The position numbers were made by a program, and so were the translations under genes. The notes beneath the pieces are model-generated. The model saw only the letters and a program-made list of their open reading frames with translations. It was not told where the DNA came from and did no database searches. Positions 51,079-60,626 of a stretch of DNA of 64,000 bases are shown piece after piece. Origin of the DNA: an uncultured Acidimicrobiales bacterium (GTDB taxonomy: Bacteria > Actinomycetota > Acidimicrobiia > Acidimicrobiales > UBA10347); contig CALSSD010000003.1 in NCBI GenBank assembly GCA_943788915.1, positions 198,663 through 262,662 on the forward strand. Direction: 5' to 3'. Positions within the stretch are counted from its first letter, which is position 1. Each line of letters opens with the position of its first letter.

Positions 51079-51627
51079 TCACCGGGGCGCAGGTGCACCC
51101 TTGAACTGCACGGGAACCGCGCCTACGCCAAAGTCTTTGCGCAGCGGGTGTCCGTCCCAGTCATGGGGCATAAGGATCCGGGTCGGGTCGGGGTGGTTCT
51201 CGAAGACCACTCCGAACATGTCGTAGGCCTCGCGTTCCATTGCCTCGACTCCTGAGAACAGGTCGAACAGCGTCGGCACGGTGGGCTCGGATGCAGGGAC
51301 TTGCACCCGAACACGGATGCGCCGAGGCGGCGTATGGGCAATGAGGTTGACCACAATCTCGAATCGTTCACCGGCAATGTCGGCCGGCAACGAGCGGTTG
51401 GGGTTGGTCAGATAATCAGCACCACACAGATCGATGACCGACACATAACCATCGGCTTTCAGTGCAGCGATGGTGTCGATGTATTGGTCGACGCTTGGGT
51501 GGAGCACAGTCTGGCCGAATGCTTCGGTGACCAGTACGTCGTACATGCGGGCGGGTTCGGCCGGTGCAGCAGCCTCGGTGTCGCCGGCTTCGGGTTCCTC
51601 GCCGTCGCTCATCGGTCCAGGGCTCAT
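51079..51627 (-). CDS. nuoC: Complex I subunit C
   Basis: [12 protein letters not shown]...[14 protein letters not shown]. Confidence 0.95.
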   Translation of the reverse strand: MSPGPMSDGEEPEAGDTEAAAPAEPARMYDVLVTEAFGQTVLHPSVDQYIDTIAALKADGYVSVIDLCGADYLTNPNRSLPADIAGERFEIVVNLIAHTPPRRIRVRVQVPASEPTVPTLFDLFSGVEAMEREAYDMFGVVFENHPDPTRILMPHDWDGHPLRKDFGVGAVPVQFKGAPAPR

Positions 51628-52223
51628 CGACTCAGCACAATCTCGGTCTCGGTTTGGCCGTCGCGTTGTTCAACGACGATGCCCGCGCCCCCGCCAGTTG
51701 TCTCCCGACGCTTAAGGATTTCGCCGGTTTCGATCTGCTTGTGGAGCGTAACGATGGCATGGAGCAGCGTCTCAGGCCCTGGCGGGCAACCAGGGGCGTA
51801 GACGTCGACCGGCACGATCTGATCGACACCTTGCACCAGCGCATAGTTGTTAAACATGCCGCCGCTCGAGGCGCAGACACCCATAGAGATAACCCACTTG
51901 GGTTCCATCATCTGGTCATAGATCTGGCGAAGCGCTGGCGCCATCTTCTGGCTCACTCGGCCGGCCACGATCATGACGTCGGCCTGACGGGGCGACGCCC
52001 GGAACGTTTCCATACCGAAACGAGCCAGGTCGTAGTGGGAACCACCCGTAGCCATCATCTCGATAGCGCAACAGGCCAGCCCAAACGTGGCTGGCCACAG
52101 GCTGCGAGCCCGACTCCAGCTCACCAGGTCCTCGATCTTGGCAGTCAAGAAGTTGTGCTCAAGTCCACCCATGCCATTGTCGGCGATGTCGCCGGTGTTA
52201 CCCAGAAGTGGGAGGTTCGGCAT
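51624..52223 (-). CDS. nuoB: Complex I subunit B
   Basis: [22 protein letters not shown]. Confidence 0.96.
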   Translation of the reverse strand: MPNLPLLGNTGDIADNGMGGLEHNFLTAKIEDLVSWSRARSLWPATFGLACCAIEMMATGGSHYDLARFGMETFRASPRQADVMIVAGRVSQKMAPALRQIYDQMMEPKWVISMGVCASSGGMFNNYALVQGVDQIVPVDVYAPGCPPGPETLLHAIVTLHKQIETGEILKRRETTGGGAGIVVEQRDGQTETEIVLSR

Positions 52224-52302
52224 TAGAAGGTGCTCCTTGCATCACGTGCGGGTTGTGAGCCCCAGCGAACATCTCGGTGAGTGAGCGCAGCGAACGACAG
52301 CA

Positions 52303-52809
52303 CTAGGCGACCTCTCGTTCGATGGTGTCACCAATGACGGCAGCGGCTTCTTGGCCGTGTTCGCGACCCTTGGTGCCGACCCGACGAATCGTCGACGTGG
52401 CTGTTCGGGTATGGCTGACCTGATCAATTGGTCGAGCAACTCGTTTGACCGGGCCCCATTCCAGGGCGCCATTGCTGATGAGATACACGAATGACTCAAA
52501 CACTGCGAACGAAAAGATGCCGATGGCAACCAGACCGAAGCTACCGAGATACTCGAACACCATCGCATAGGGATACAAGAAGATGACTTCGATGTCGAAC
52601 ACGATGAAGATCATCGCGACGAGGAAGAATTTGACCGGGAAACGGGTCGGGTTCTTGGTACCTGCGCCGCTCACGCCACACTCGTACGGCAGGCTCTTGG
52701 CTGGTGTCGACCGACTTGGAGCGAGTAATCGAGATGCGATCAGGCTGAGGAGCGCAAACAGCACGCCCAGAACAAACAGCATGACTACCGGGAGATATTG
52801 ACCCAACAT
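52303..52809 (-). CDS. nuoA: Complex I subunit A
   Basis: K..PYECG; FIVFDIE..FLYP; GALEW. Confidence 0.94.
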   Translation of the reverse strand: MLGQYLPVVMLFVLGVLFALLSLIASRLLAPSRSTPAKSLPYECGVSGAGTKNPTRFPVKFFLVAMIFIVFDIEVIFLYPYAMVFEYLGSFGLVAIGIFSFAVFESFVYLISNGALEWGPVKRVARPIDQVSHTRTATSTIRRVGTKGREHGQEAAAVIGDTIEREVA

Positions 52810-52933
52810 CGTTAGTTTCGCTTCCTGAAGTCAGAGGGTTCTTGCATGCTGAGTAGATCGAGCGCCAATGGCAACGCAAGCGACGGCATGAACCGTGCGG
52901 GCAAGCGATGCTGCCGGTGGCTGGACCGCACGT

Positions 52934-54232
52934 TCAGACCTCGAGGCCCTTTTCTCGTAGACCTAGATCACGCCAGTGCAGTACCAAACACGTCGCGAGG
53001 AAGGCCAGCAGGGACACGATGGTGAACAGACCGGGGATCACTCGCAAATTGCCAAGGTTTCGGGTCATCACGACGGAGTAGGTCGAGGCGTCCGGATCAA
53101 TCTCGGCCACCGGCGGTGGTTTTGACGGATCGGGCACTTTGTCGATCGTCTGTTGCACGTTCACCACGGTGTAGTTGGTGGGGTGGGTGATCTGGACAGT
53201 GCTGCTGACCTTGTGGGAGATGCGGTCCCACAGTCCACGACCATCTCGCTTGGTCTTGCCACCTTGCTGGAAGGCATCGAGCACCAAGAAGTTACCTTCG
53301 GGGAACAGATCTTCACGCAGGAACGCATCCGCAGTTGCGGCAGCTTCACCCGACTGTGAGGTCGACTGCAGATTCCATCCGTCGAGACGCAACAGACGTT
53401 CTTCTTCGGCCCATTTCTCCACACTCGGTGCAAGCGCTTCGAGCTGACTCAACGAGATCTGATCGATGCGCAACATCGCGTTCTCGATGTCTTCGTTGAT
53501 CTTCTGATCCAGATCACCACCTTCGAGGAAACGAGGATCGTCGGGACCGAGTAGCTTCATTTGCGCTGACGGCTGCTGACTCGATTTCAACGAGCCGCGC
53601 CGCGACCTGGGCATCGAGCAGTTCGTTCTGCTGATCGCGTGACAGCTGACTGAGGACTGTCGAGTGCATCGTCACCGGTCGTGCCGAACATGTCGGCAGC
53701 GAGCGCCTCGAGGCGAGACTCAGGAGTCTGCGGGTTGATGATGTCCTGCGCATACAGGTTGCGTGATTCACCCTCGTAGGCCATGAGCAGGTCGATTGCA
53801 CGCGGTGTGCACAACGCCCACGTGTTTGCCGACCCATCGAGTGTTACCGCGGCCACGCCGTTTGGCGGCGGGAAGTGATCGAGTGTTGTTGAAACAGTTG
53901 CCGTCGGGCAGGTCATCGACATTACCGACGAAGGCTTCTTGCAGGCCTTCGGCTTCGGCACCCGGTGCGTCAATGAAGACATCTTGGACTTCCCAGGTAG
54001 GGAGTGAACCAGCCCAGCCGATGCCGTAGATCCACCAGAAGATACCCATCACGAACATCCAGCCCCAGAAACCGGCAAGCGCAATAAGCGAGCCGAGTCG
54101 GGTTCCGGTGTTTGTGACCAGCAGCAGCCACACAGAGCCGCCAAGAATGGCGAGTGCCAGGGCAACCGTGAGGAGGCCGCGAATATGCGGTTCCCAGCCG
54201 ATGCCAGCAACGATTTCGATCATGGCCATCAT
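52934..54232 (-). CDS. Unknown membrane protein of the cytochrome b/c operon (about three frameshifts, 53560-53890)
   Basis: Two N-terminal TMs (ORF 53768-54232) and a C-terminal TM (ORF 52934-53614) lie in the same frame, bridged by protein-like segments in the other two frames; start overlaps the cytochrome c stop. Confidence 0.7.
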
Positions 54233-55608
54233 GAGTCGAGCGACCTTTCGTAGGCCACGATGGCCTCGATCTGTGCCTGCGACAGGATGCCGTCGCGAGG
54301 AATAACTTCGCCGTCATGTGCCTCGAGCGAGATGACGTTTGAGCCATCACAGTGACCAGTGATGCGGTCAAGCTGGATGCGAGGAACAACACCAACAGCA
54401 TCGGACTCTGCCCAGCAGCCACCGAAACCAGGCATCTGCCCACCACCGTCACCCTGCCCGAAGGCACCGTAGGCGATACCATTTTCGCTACCGGTGGTGA
54501 TGAAGTTGACCATCTCGACAGAAGTCTCGAACTGGTCTCGGACGCCGACCAGGCTGGGGGCAAACCCGCCGCCACCGTTCACGATGGGGTCGATCAGAGG
54601 GTTGTCCGGATACGCATTGGCGTTGTAGCTGTACCCAGCGCTATGGCAACGAGCGCAGCCATAGGCGCCACCGGCAGCCGGATTGTTGAACAACAGTTCA
54701 CCGAGGAGCAGCTGGTCAGTCTCCGAGGCAGCGAGAATCTCGTCGGCAGTTGCTTGGAGGTCACCCTCGAGGTCCTTCTTGATTGCGGTAAGTACTGCAA
54801 TCTGGTTTGCCATGTTGGTGGCGTCGTCGGAACCTGGTTCGAGCTCAGCGAGATCGTCTTCAAGATCGTGAATTTGATCGGCAAGACCAAGTGCTTCGCC
54901 GTAGGCAGCTGCATTGTCTTGGCGGGCCTTAAACAAAGCAGCGCCAGAAAGGCCTGTCTCCACGCCCTTCGCGATCTCCTCGGAACTCTTCTGCTCTGAA
55001 GATATATACGCAATGACCTTGTCGATCTGCTGATCGGTCATCGCGCCACCGCCAGGACCGCCCCACGCCGGCATCGGGGAGTTGGGTCGGCCGTAGTTCA
55101 AGATGTACTTGACCTCGGAGTAGGTGAAGCGGTCAAGGACCGCACCCAGCGACGGAGCTACCCAGTCGACCTGTTCAACGAATACACCACTGGTGTCCAC
55201 CAGGCTGAAGTCTGCAGCCAGGCCACCGTCGCCGTTCACCGAGCCATGGCACTGGGCACAGTTGGCCTCGTAGAGATTGGAACCCTGAGCCACCGACTGG
55301 GTGTCGGTGAAGTCAACAAGACCTTCTTGGCGTCCAGGTTCACCTAACCAATACAGCGGCAGAGCCAGCGCGATGATGGTCAACGTGACCAGACCGCCGG
55401 TCAGGGAGAGATCGAGACGTTTCGTCTCCATCTCCTCGTCGGACATTGCTTCTTTTCGGTTAGCTGCAAGCTCGATCTCGGCGCCAGTTTCGTGGCGGCC
55501 TTCAAGCCAATTAAACAACCAGTACACGGCCATAGCGAGCAAAACAATGCCCGCTATTACGTAGCCAATCTGGCGCTGTGTCGATGCAGCGATCACAGGA
55601 GTATCCAT
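54229..55608 (-). CDS. Membrane-anchored diheme cytochrome c
   Basis: Two TMs; CAQCH..MPAWG and CARCH..MPGFG. Confidence 0.9.
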   Translation of the reverse strand: MDTPVIAASTQRQIGYVIAGIVLLAMAVYWLFNWLEGRHETGAEIELAANRKEAMSDEEMETKRLDLSLTGGLVTLTIIALALPLYWLGEPGRQEGLVDFTDTQSVAQGSNLYEANCAQCHGSVNGDGGLAADFSLVDTSGVFVEQVDWVAPSLGAVLDRFTYSEVKYILNYGRPNSPMPAWGGPGGGAMTDQQIDKVIAYISSEQKSSEEIAKGVETGLSGAALFKARQDNAAAYGEALGLADQIHDLEDDLAELEPGSDDATNMANQIAVLTAIKKDLEGDLQATADEILAASETDQLLLGELLFNNPAAGGAYGCARCHSAGYSYNANAYPDNPLIDPIVNGGGGFAPSLVGVRDQFETSVEMVNFITTGSENGIAYGAFGQGDGGGQMPGFGGCWAESDAVGVVPRIQLDRITGHCDGSNVISLEAHDGEVIPRDGILSQAQIEAIVAYERSLDS

Positions 55609-55635
55609 GGGTTTAGTTCGGTACTTCTCTCTCGA

Positions 55636-56520
55636 TCAGTGTGAAGCTTCGCCGATGCAGTTCGGCCCTTCGGCCTCCTGCCCGGTCGTATTCGTGCCAA
55701 TAGCTGGGCCCTGAATGACTTCGGCGGTCTTGACGATCAACTCGCCACCAGCCGTAACTTCCATTGCGAAACGGTCCATGCCTCGGGGTGCGGGGCCACC
55801 ACGTTTCTCACCGACTCGGTTGTACTTTGAGCCGTGGCACGGACATTCGAACCATTGTGAGGTCGCACAACTAGGCACGCGACAGCCAAGGTGAGGGCAT
55901 TTCTGGAACAAGGCGACGACGCCTGCTTCCATGCCCGAGAGTTCGCCGCTGGAGTACACGCTGCGGGCCTTTTCAATGGCACCGGCTGGGTACTCGGTAA
56001 TCCACGCACGACCTTCAGGGCGATAGAGGAAACCACCGTTATCGCGAATGCTTTGGACAATGTCGGTGACCTTGCCCATATTCAATGGAGCACCGAAGCC
56101 GGTGATGAATGGTGGCCACAAGAACGCCAATAAGCTGCCGCCGAAGCCAGCAAGACCTAACGTAAAGCTGCCGATAATGGAACGGTTGAGGAATTGACGA
56201 CGGGCAACACCGGTTTGTTCTGGATCCGGAGCGACCCATTCGGTGAGTTCTGACGACGAGGCCTTCACAACTGCTTGACCGCCACGGCGTGCGACAACTG
56301 CCGAACGTTCGACTTCTTTGCCAGTGGCAACGGTTCCGAGATCGCCATCGCTCATAGCTACGGCGGTTTCGGTGATCGTCACGGTGCCGCGGTCGCGCGA
56401 CAGGGTCTCTCGAGACAGCCGTCCAGTTGCAGAAGCCGCATCGCGGTTACGAAGGGTTCCGACAACGGTGATCGCAGCAAGTACCACAAGTGCGGCAATT
56501 ACGATCAGGGCGATAGTCAT
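55636..56520 (-). CDS. qcrA: Rieske Fe-S subunit of menaquinol:cytochrome c reductase
   Basis: RRQFL Tat-like motif plus TM; CPHLGC and CPCHGS.Y; GPAPR. Confidence 0.92.
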   Translation of the reverse strand: MTIALIVIAALVVLAAITVVGTLRNRDAASATGRLSRETLSRDRGTVTITETAVAMSDGDLGTVATGKEVERSAVVARRGGQAVVKASSSELTEWVAPDPEQTGVARRQFLNRSIIGSFTLGLAGFGGSLLAFLWPPFITGFGAPLNMGKVTDIVQSIRDNGGFLYRPEGRAWITEYPAGAIEKARSVYSSGELSGMEAGVVALFQKCPHLGCRVPSCATSQWFECPCHGSKYNRVGEKRGGPAPRGMDRFAMEVTAGGELIVKTAEVIQGPAIGTNTTGQEAEGPNCIGEASH

Positions 56521-56602
56521 GGCTGGCCTTTCTTAGCTCTGGTGGGGGGATCGGGTACGGATACGGGGTGAATCTGACACAGGTAGTAGATCAGATTCGA
56601 TG

Positions 56603-57385
56603 TTAAAGCTCGAAGAACAGTCCGGCTTCCCACGGGAAGACGAAGTTGAAGCCAGGACCTCGGAAGAACGAACCGATCATGACCAGGACGGTCCAGAACA
56701 TGAGGTGAACGGTCATGATCGAGATAGCGAACTTACGCTTCTCAGGCTTGTTCGATGGGTTCTTGTCGATGTACGGCGCCAGGATCAGCAGGATGAGTGC
56801 GAAGCCAGGCAGGGTCACACCAGCCACCATGGGGTGGAACATAGTGAGCAGTTCCTGCAGACCCAGGAAGTACCACGGAGCCTTGGATGGGTTCGGCGTG
56901 GCATTGAAGTCTGCAAGCTCGAGCAGTGGGGCGTTTACGAAGATCGAGAAGATCAACAAGAACGCAGTAACGGCAAGTGCGGCAACAAACTCGACAACGA
57001 GCAGATGCGGCCAGACATGGACCTTGTCGACCGGTGCCGACTTGACGTCCTGGATCGAACCAGACTTGACCACCGTGAGCAGCCGCTGGGTGTGACCGCC
57101 GGGGCCCGTTGGCGCGTTTGGTGCCGCAGTAGCTACAGCACCACCTGCTGCGGTAGCTGCCGCCGGGGCAGCAGCTTCGACCGCGGTGCCGGCGGAGGCA
57201 CTGCGAGCGGCTTTGGCCCGGTCAAGGAGGTGTTGTGGGATCTTCGAAGCAGCAGCCGCTTGTTCTGGCGTCTGTGCAGCAGCGTCGGCACCAGACGCAG
57301 CAGGAGCGGCATCACCACTCGATGCAGCGGCGCGTTCCTTGGCCTCTTTGGCTCGTTTCAGGAGGTGCTCGGGGATTTCAGTCAT
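56603..57385 (-). CDS. Cytochrome b subunit IV (PetD-like) with N-terminal extension
   Basis: WPHL..E; AP....A....TPNP.KAPWYFLGLQE (PEWY equivalent); PYID.NP. Confidence 0.88.
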   Translation of the reverse strand: MTEIPEHLLKRAKEAKERAAASSGDAAPAASGADAAAQTPEQAAAASKIPQHLLDRAKAARSASAGTAVEAAAPAAATAAGGAVATAAPNAPTGPGGHTQRLLTVVKSGSIQDVKSAPVDKVHVWPHLLVVEFVAALAVTAFLLIFSIFVNAPLLELADFNATPNPSKAPWYFLGLQELLTMFHPMVAGVTLPGFALILLILAPYIDKNPSNKPEKRKFAISIMTVHLMFWTVLVMIGSFFRGPGFNFVFPWEAGLFFEL

Positions 57386-57401
57386 GGGTTACGCCTTTCC
57401 C

Positions 57402-58181
57402 TTAGAGCGGACCACTGATGCCGCCGTCCTTGCGGACACGCCAGAAGTGGATAGCCATCATGATGACAGTGACGAACGGAAGCATGAGTACATGAAGCAC
57501 GTACCACCGCAGCAAAGTATCGCTGCCAATTTCGACACCACCAAGAAGTACGAATCTGACCTGTTCACCAAACACTGGCGTAAAGCCCATCATGTTGGTA
57601 CCCACGGTCACTGCCCACAAGGCAAGTTGATCCCAGGGCAGGAGGTAGCCGGTAAAGGACAGCAACAAGGTCAGTGTGAGCAGTATCACGCCAATGACCC
57701 AGTTGAACTCACGTGGAGACTTATAGGCACCGTGATAAAACACGCGGGCCATGTGCAAGAAGACAGATAACACCATGAGGTGAGCGCCCCATCGATGCAT
57801 ATTTCTGACCAACAGACCGAATGTCACCGCTGAACGCAACGTTTCCATATCGGCATAGGCCGCGGATGCGGTTGGCCGATAGAAGAACATCAAGAAGATG
57901 CCAGTGACAGTGAGCAGGATGAACAAGAAGAAGCTCAAGCCACCCAAGCACAAGGTGTAACTCACCTTGACTGCGTGGCGCTTCACCTTGACGGGGTGCA
58001 AGTGATAGAGCACCGAGTTCATGATCACATAGCTGCGGTTACGCGGGCTATCGGTGTAGCCCTTGCGGAAGATAGATCCAGGGCGGAATATTGAATTCCA
58101 CGCTTGCGAAGCCTGTGTCTTGTCAGCAAGGTCGCTTACGGCTGCTTTGACCTGGTCTGCTGATGGCGGTTTTGGTGCCAC
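57402..58181 (-). CDS. qcrB: Cytochrome b6-type N-terminal cytochrome b subunit
   Basis: CLGG; R..HRW.AH....HM.RV; TGYLLPWDQ...WA; H-x14-H in helix D. Confidence 0.92.
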   Translation of the reverse strand: MAPKPPSADQVKAAVSDLADKTQASQAWNSIFRPGSIFRKGYTDSPRNRSYVIMNSVLYHLHPVKVKRHAVKVSYTLCLGGLSFFLFILLTVTGIFLMFFYRPTASAAYADMETLRSAVTFGLLVRNMHRWGAHLMVLSVFLHMARVFYHGAYKSPREFNWVIGVILLTLTLLLSFTGYLLPWDQLALWAVTVGTNMMGFTPVFGEQVRFVLLGGVEIGSDTLLRWYVLHVLMLPFVTVIMMAIHFWRVRKDGGISGPL

Positions 58182-58369
58182 TCGCTTGGTCTCCTGTCAG
58201 TACTGTTGTACTAGTGCTGTAGTCGTGCGTACTGCTACGCACTACTGGTGTGCTGGTGGTTCGGGCTGTATTGGCTGCGGGCTGTATTAGCTCGGGCTGT
58301 GTTCGTGGTAAAGCTGTGTTCTGGTAGTGCGGTTTCGGGTAATGCGGTAGTTGTTCAAGCAGTATTGGT

Positions 58370-58786
58370 TTACGCAAGGCGCATGCCATAGCCGTAGCCA
58401 TGGGTGCTGGTTCGCTGATGCTGGTCTCCGGCGGCGGCAGGGTCGCCAAGTTTGCCGAGGATAATGACGCCGGTTGGGCATCGGTCCACACACAGAGCGC
58501 ATCGGGTGCAAACATCGTCGTCGATAGTGAAGATGACGTGGTCGTTGGGGTCCTCGCCCGGTTGCTCGGTACCGATCGCACCTTCAATGGCGTCGGGCGT
58601 GACCATGTGGATACATTTCCACGGGCAAATATCGACACAACCTTCACAGGTAATGCATTCGCTCTGGTCGATATGGATGAACTGCTTTGGTTTCACGGCC
58701 TGGGAGAGCCAGGCAGCATCAACTTCTTGCAGAACGTAGTCGGTTCGGAATTCAGGAAGTGGTGGATTGGCGTCGAGTACACCCAT
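58370..58786 (-). CDS. 2x[4Fe-4S] ferredoxin-like protein
   Basis: CITCEGCVDICP and CTRCALCVDRCP. Confidence 0.92.
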   Translation of the reverse strand: MGVLDANPPLPEFRTDYVLQEVDAAWLSQAVKPKQFIHIDQSECITCEGCVDICPWKCIHMVTPDAIEGAIGTEQPGEDPNDHVIFTIDDDVCTRCALCVDRCPTGVIILGKLGDPAAAGDQHQRTSTHGYGYGMRLA

Positions 58787-59397
58787 CAGACACCGACCTT
58801 CGCCGCTGACGCCTTATCTGCAGCCTTGACGATCGGACGGCCGTAGCGGCTCTGTGATTCGAGCTCAGGTGCCGAGATCGTGTCGCCACGCTTTTGCCAC
58901 ATGACGAACACCGCTACGTTGGCAACTAGACCGACGCCGTAGACCGCTACCGCGATCAGATCTTTGAGGGTCGCATACGTGATATCGAAGGGCAGTGCCC
59001 ACTCGAGGACACCCTGGCTGGAATCCCAAGGAGTGCGGAAGCCGATAAGGAAGGCATCGGAACGCCAGTTGAGCTCGGCTTCGGCGAATGTAAGCCACTG
59101 GTGAGGCACGGTGCCATAGATCCAGAACAGCAAGAAGAATACATAGACAGAGCCAACCATTGCTTCGCCCCAGGTGGCGACCTTGTCGGCAGGACGGTTC
59201 TTCATCAGCCAGAACACAGGGACGAGCAGCAAGAGTGAGATCAGCCACGAGACAACAAAGGCGACATTGAGATAGGGCGCTTGCAGGCCTTCGGACGTGA
59301 GCCCTACCCACACACCGATAACAGCGAACAGGCCAAACGTCGTGCCAAGCAAGACGATCCAAAACTTGGTGATTGCGCCGTCGATATAGCGTTTCAC
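58786..59397 (-). CDS. Unknown 4-TM membrane protein, first gene of the operon
   Basis: Four hydrophobic helices; stop overlaps the ferredoxin start; GTG 59397 inferred (ORF open to 59526). Confidence 0.75.
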   Translation of the reverse strand: MKRYIDGAITKFWIVLLGTTFGLFAVIGVWVGLTSEGLQAPYLNVAFVVSWLISLLLLVPVFWLMKNRPADKVATWGEAMVGSVYVFFLLFWIYGTVPHQWLTFAEAELNWRSDAFLIGFRTPWDSSQGVLEWALPFDITYATLKDLIAVAVYGVGLVANVAVFVMWQKRGDTISAPELESQSRYGRPIVKAADKASAAKVGV

Positions 59398-59437
59398 AGT
59401 TGTTCGATACCTGACCGTTGTGTGGGGCGGAAGCCGC

Positions 59438-59455
59438 TCGTGAAGGTTCTCACAA
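59438..59455. promoter_or_regulatory. Probable Rex operator
   Basis: TCGTGAA-GGTT-CTCACAA, 2 mismatches to TTGTGAA-N4-TTCACAA, ~40 bp upstream of the operon. Confidence 0.55.
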
Positions 59456-59736
59456 GCGAAGTGTACAAAGCGCGGACCAGCGGGAGCGAGTCCACGAAAC
59501 ATGTCTATCAGTGACACTTCCCACACACCAAGTGTTTGAGAGCATTTGTTGGAGAAATCCGGAAGAAATTTCAGCTTTGTGGCCGTGAGAGTTGTTGGTT
59601 GTTCGTGCTGTCGGTCTACAGTCAGAGTTGGCGCCGATACGCGTCTTGTTTTCTGTCTTAGCAGTCATTAATTTTGTAATCAGTTTGAGCTGTTTCGCTC
59701 AATAAGATTTCGCCAAAGTACGCAGTTGGAGCAACG

Positions 59737-60558
59737 TTGACCGAAATCCCCGAGCACCTGCTCAAACGATCACGAGACGCGAAGCGTGCCATGGGCCTCG
59801 ACGTTCCCGCCGAAGCCGGAGCAGCACCTGCACAAGCAGCAGCCGCTTCTGCCAACGCGCCTGCCGTAGCAGGCGCTGCCGCACCTGCTGCTGGAGCCCC
59901 AGTCCCCATCCCCGCATCTGCACCTCCGCCACCAGAACCACCAAAATCTGAGTGGATCGCCAACGCTGAGAGCCGCAAGAAGATCCCCTACTGGGTGATG
60001 CCGGTGCTGCTGTTCCTACCCGTATGGCTCATCATGTACGTCGGGACCCTCGAAGCTCCTCCGAGCGAAGATGGCGTTCTGTATGAAGGTGGCCAGGTTT
60101 ATGCCGAGAACTGTGCCTCGTGTCATGGAGCTGGCGGCGGCGGCGGTGTTGGTCCTGGATTCAACAACGGCGCCATCATCGAAACCTTCGCAAGCTTCGA
60201 AGACCAAGTTGCGTGGATCGTGCACGGAACCCAGGGGTACCTCGACGCCGGTCGTGAAACCTACGGCGACACCAACAAGCCACTTGGTGGCACCGGTGCC
60301 AACATGCCGAACTTCGGTGAACCGCTTGAAGCGGGCGAAGTAATGTGGGCGACCTTCTACGAACGCATTGAACTCGGAGGCTACGAAGAGGAACTTCCGT
60401 TCGCTGAAGCCGTATTTGACGCCTACGACCACGGCGAACTCGAGCTTCCCACACACTTCCTCGAAGGTGTCGACGGCGATTTCGAAGCCGAGATCAAAGC
60501 AATGCTGGCCGAGATCCGAGCCGAAGTTGGTGGGTCCGAAGAAGTCGCTGCGGGTTAA
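59737..60558 (+). CDS. Membrane-anchored monoheme cytochrome c
   Basis: Ala/Pro linker, one TM, CASCH, distal MPNFG. Confidence 0.9.
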   Translation: MTEIPEHLLKRSRDAKRAMGLDVPAEAGAAPAQAAAASANAPAVAGAAAPAAGAPVPIPASAPPPPEPPKSEWIANAESRKKIPYWVMPVLLFLPVWLIMYVGTLEAPPSEDGVLYEGGQVYAENCASCHGAGGGGGVGPGFNNGAIIETFASFEDQVAWIVHGTQGYLDAGRETYGDTNKPLGGTGANMPNFGEPLEAGEVMWATFYERIELGGYEEELPFAEAVFDAYDHGELELPTHFLEGVDGDFEAEIKAMLAEIRAEVGGSEEVAAG

Positions 60559-60626
60559 GGGCTGCGGGTTCGGGTTAAAGGCTGCGCGTTAAGGACAGTG
60601 GGCGCCGACCACACTAGGGTCGGCGC

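Noticed and set aside
60550..60595. Short imperfect GCGGGTTAAGG repeats after the cytochrome c gene
   Set aside because: Too short and degenerate; probably local duplication of the stop region
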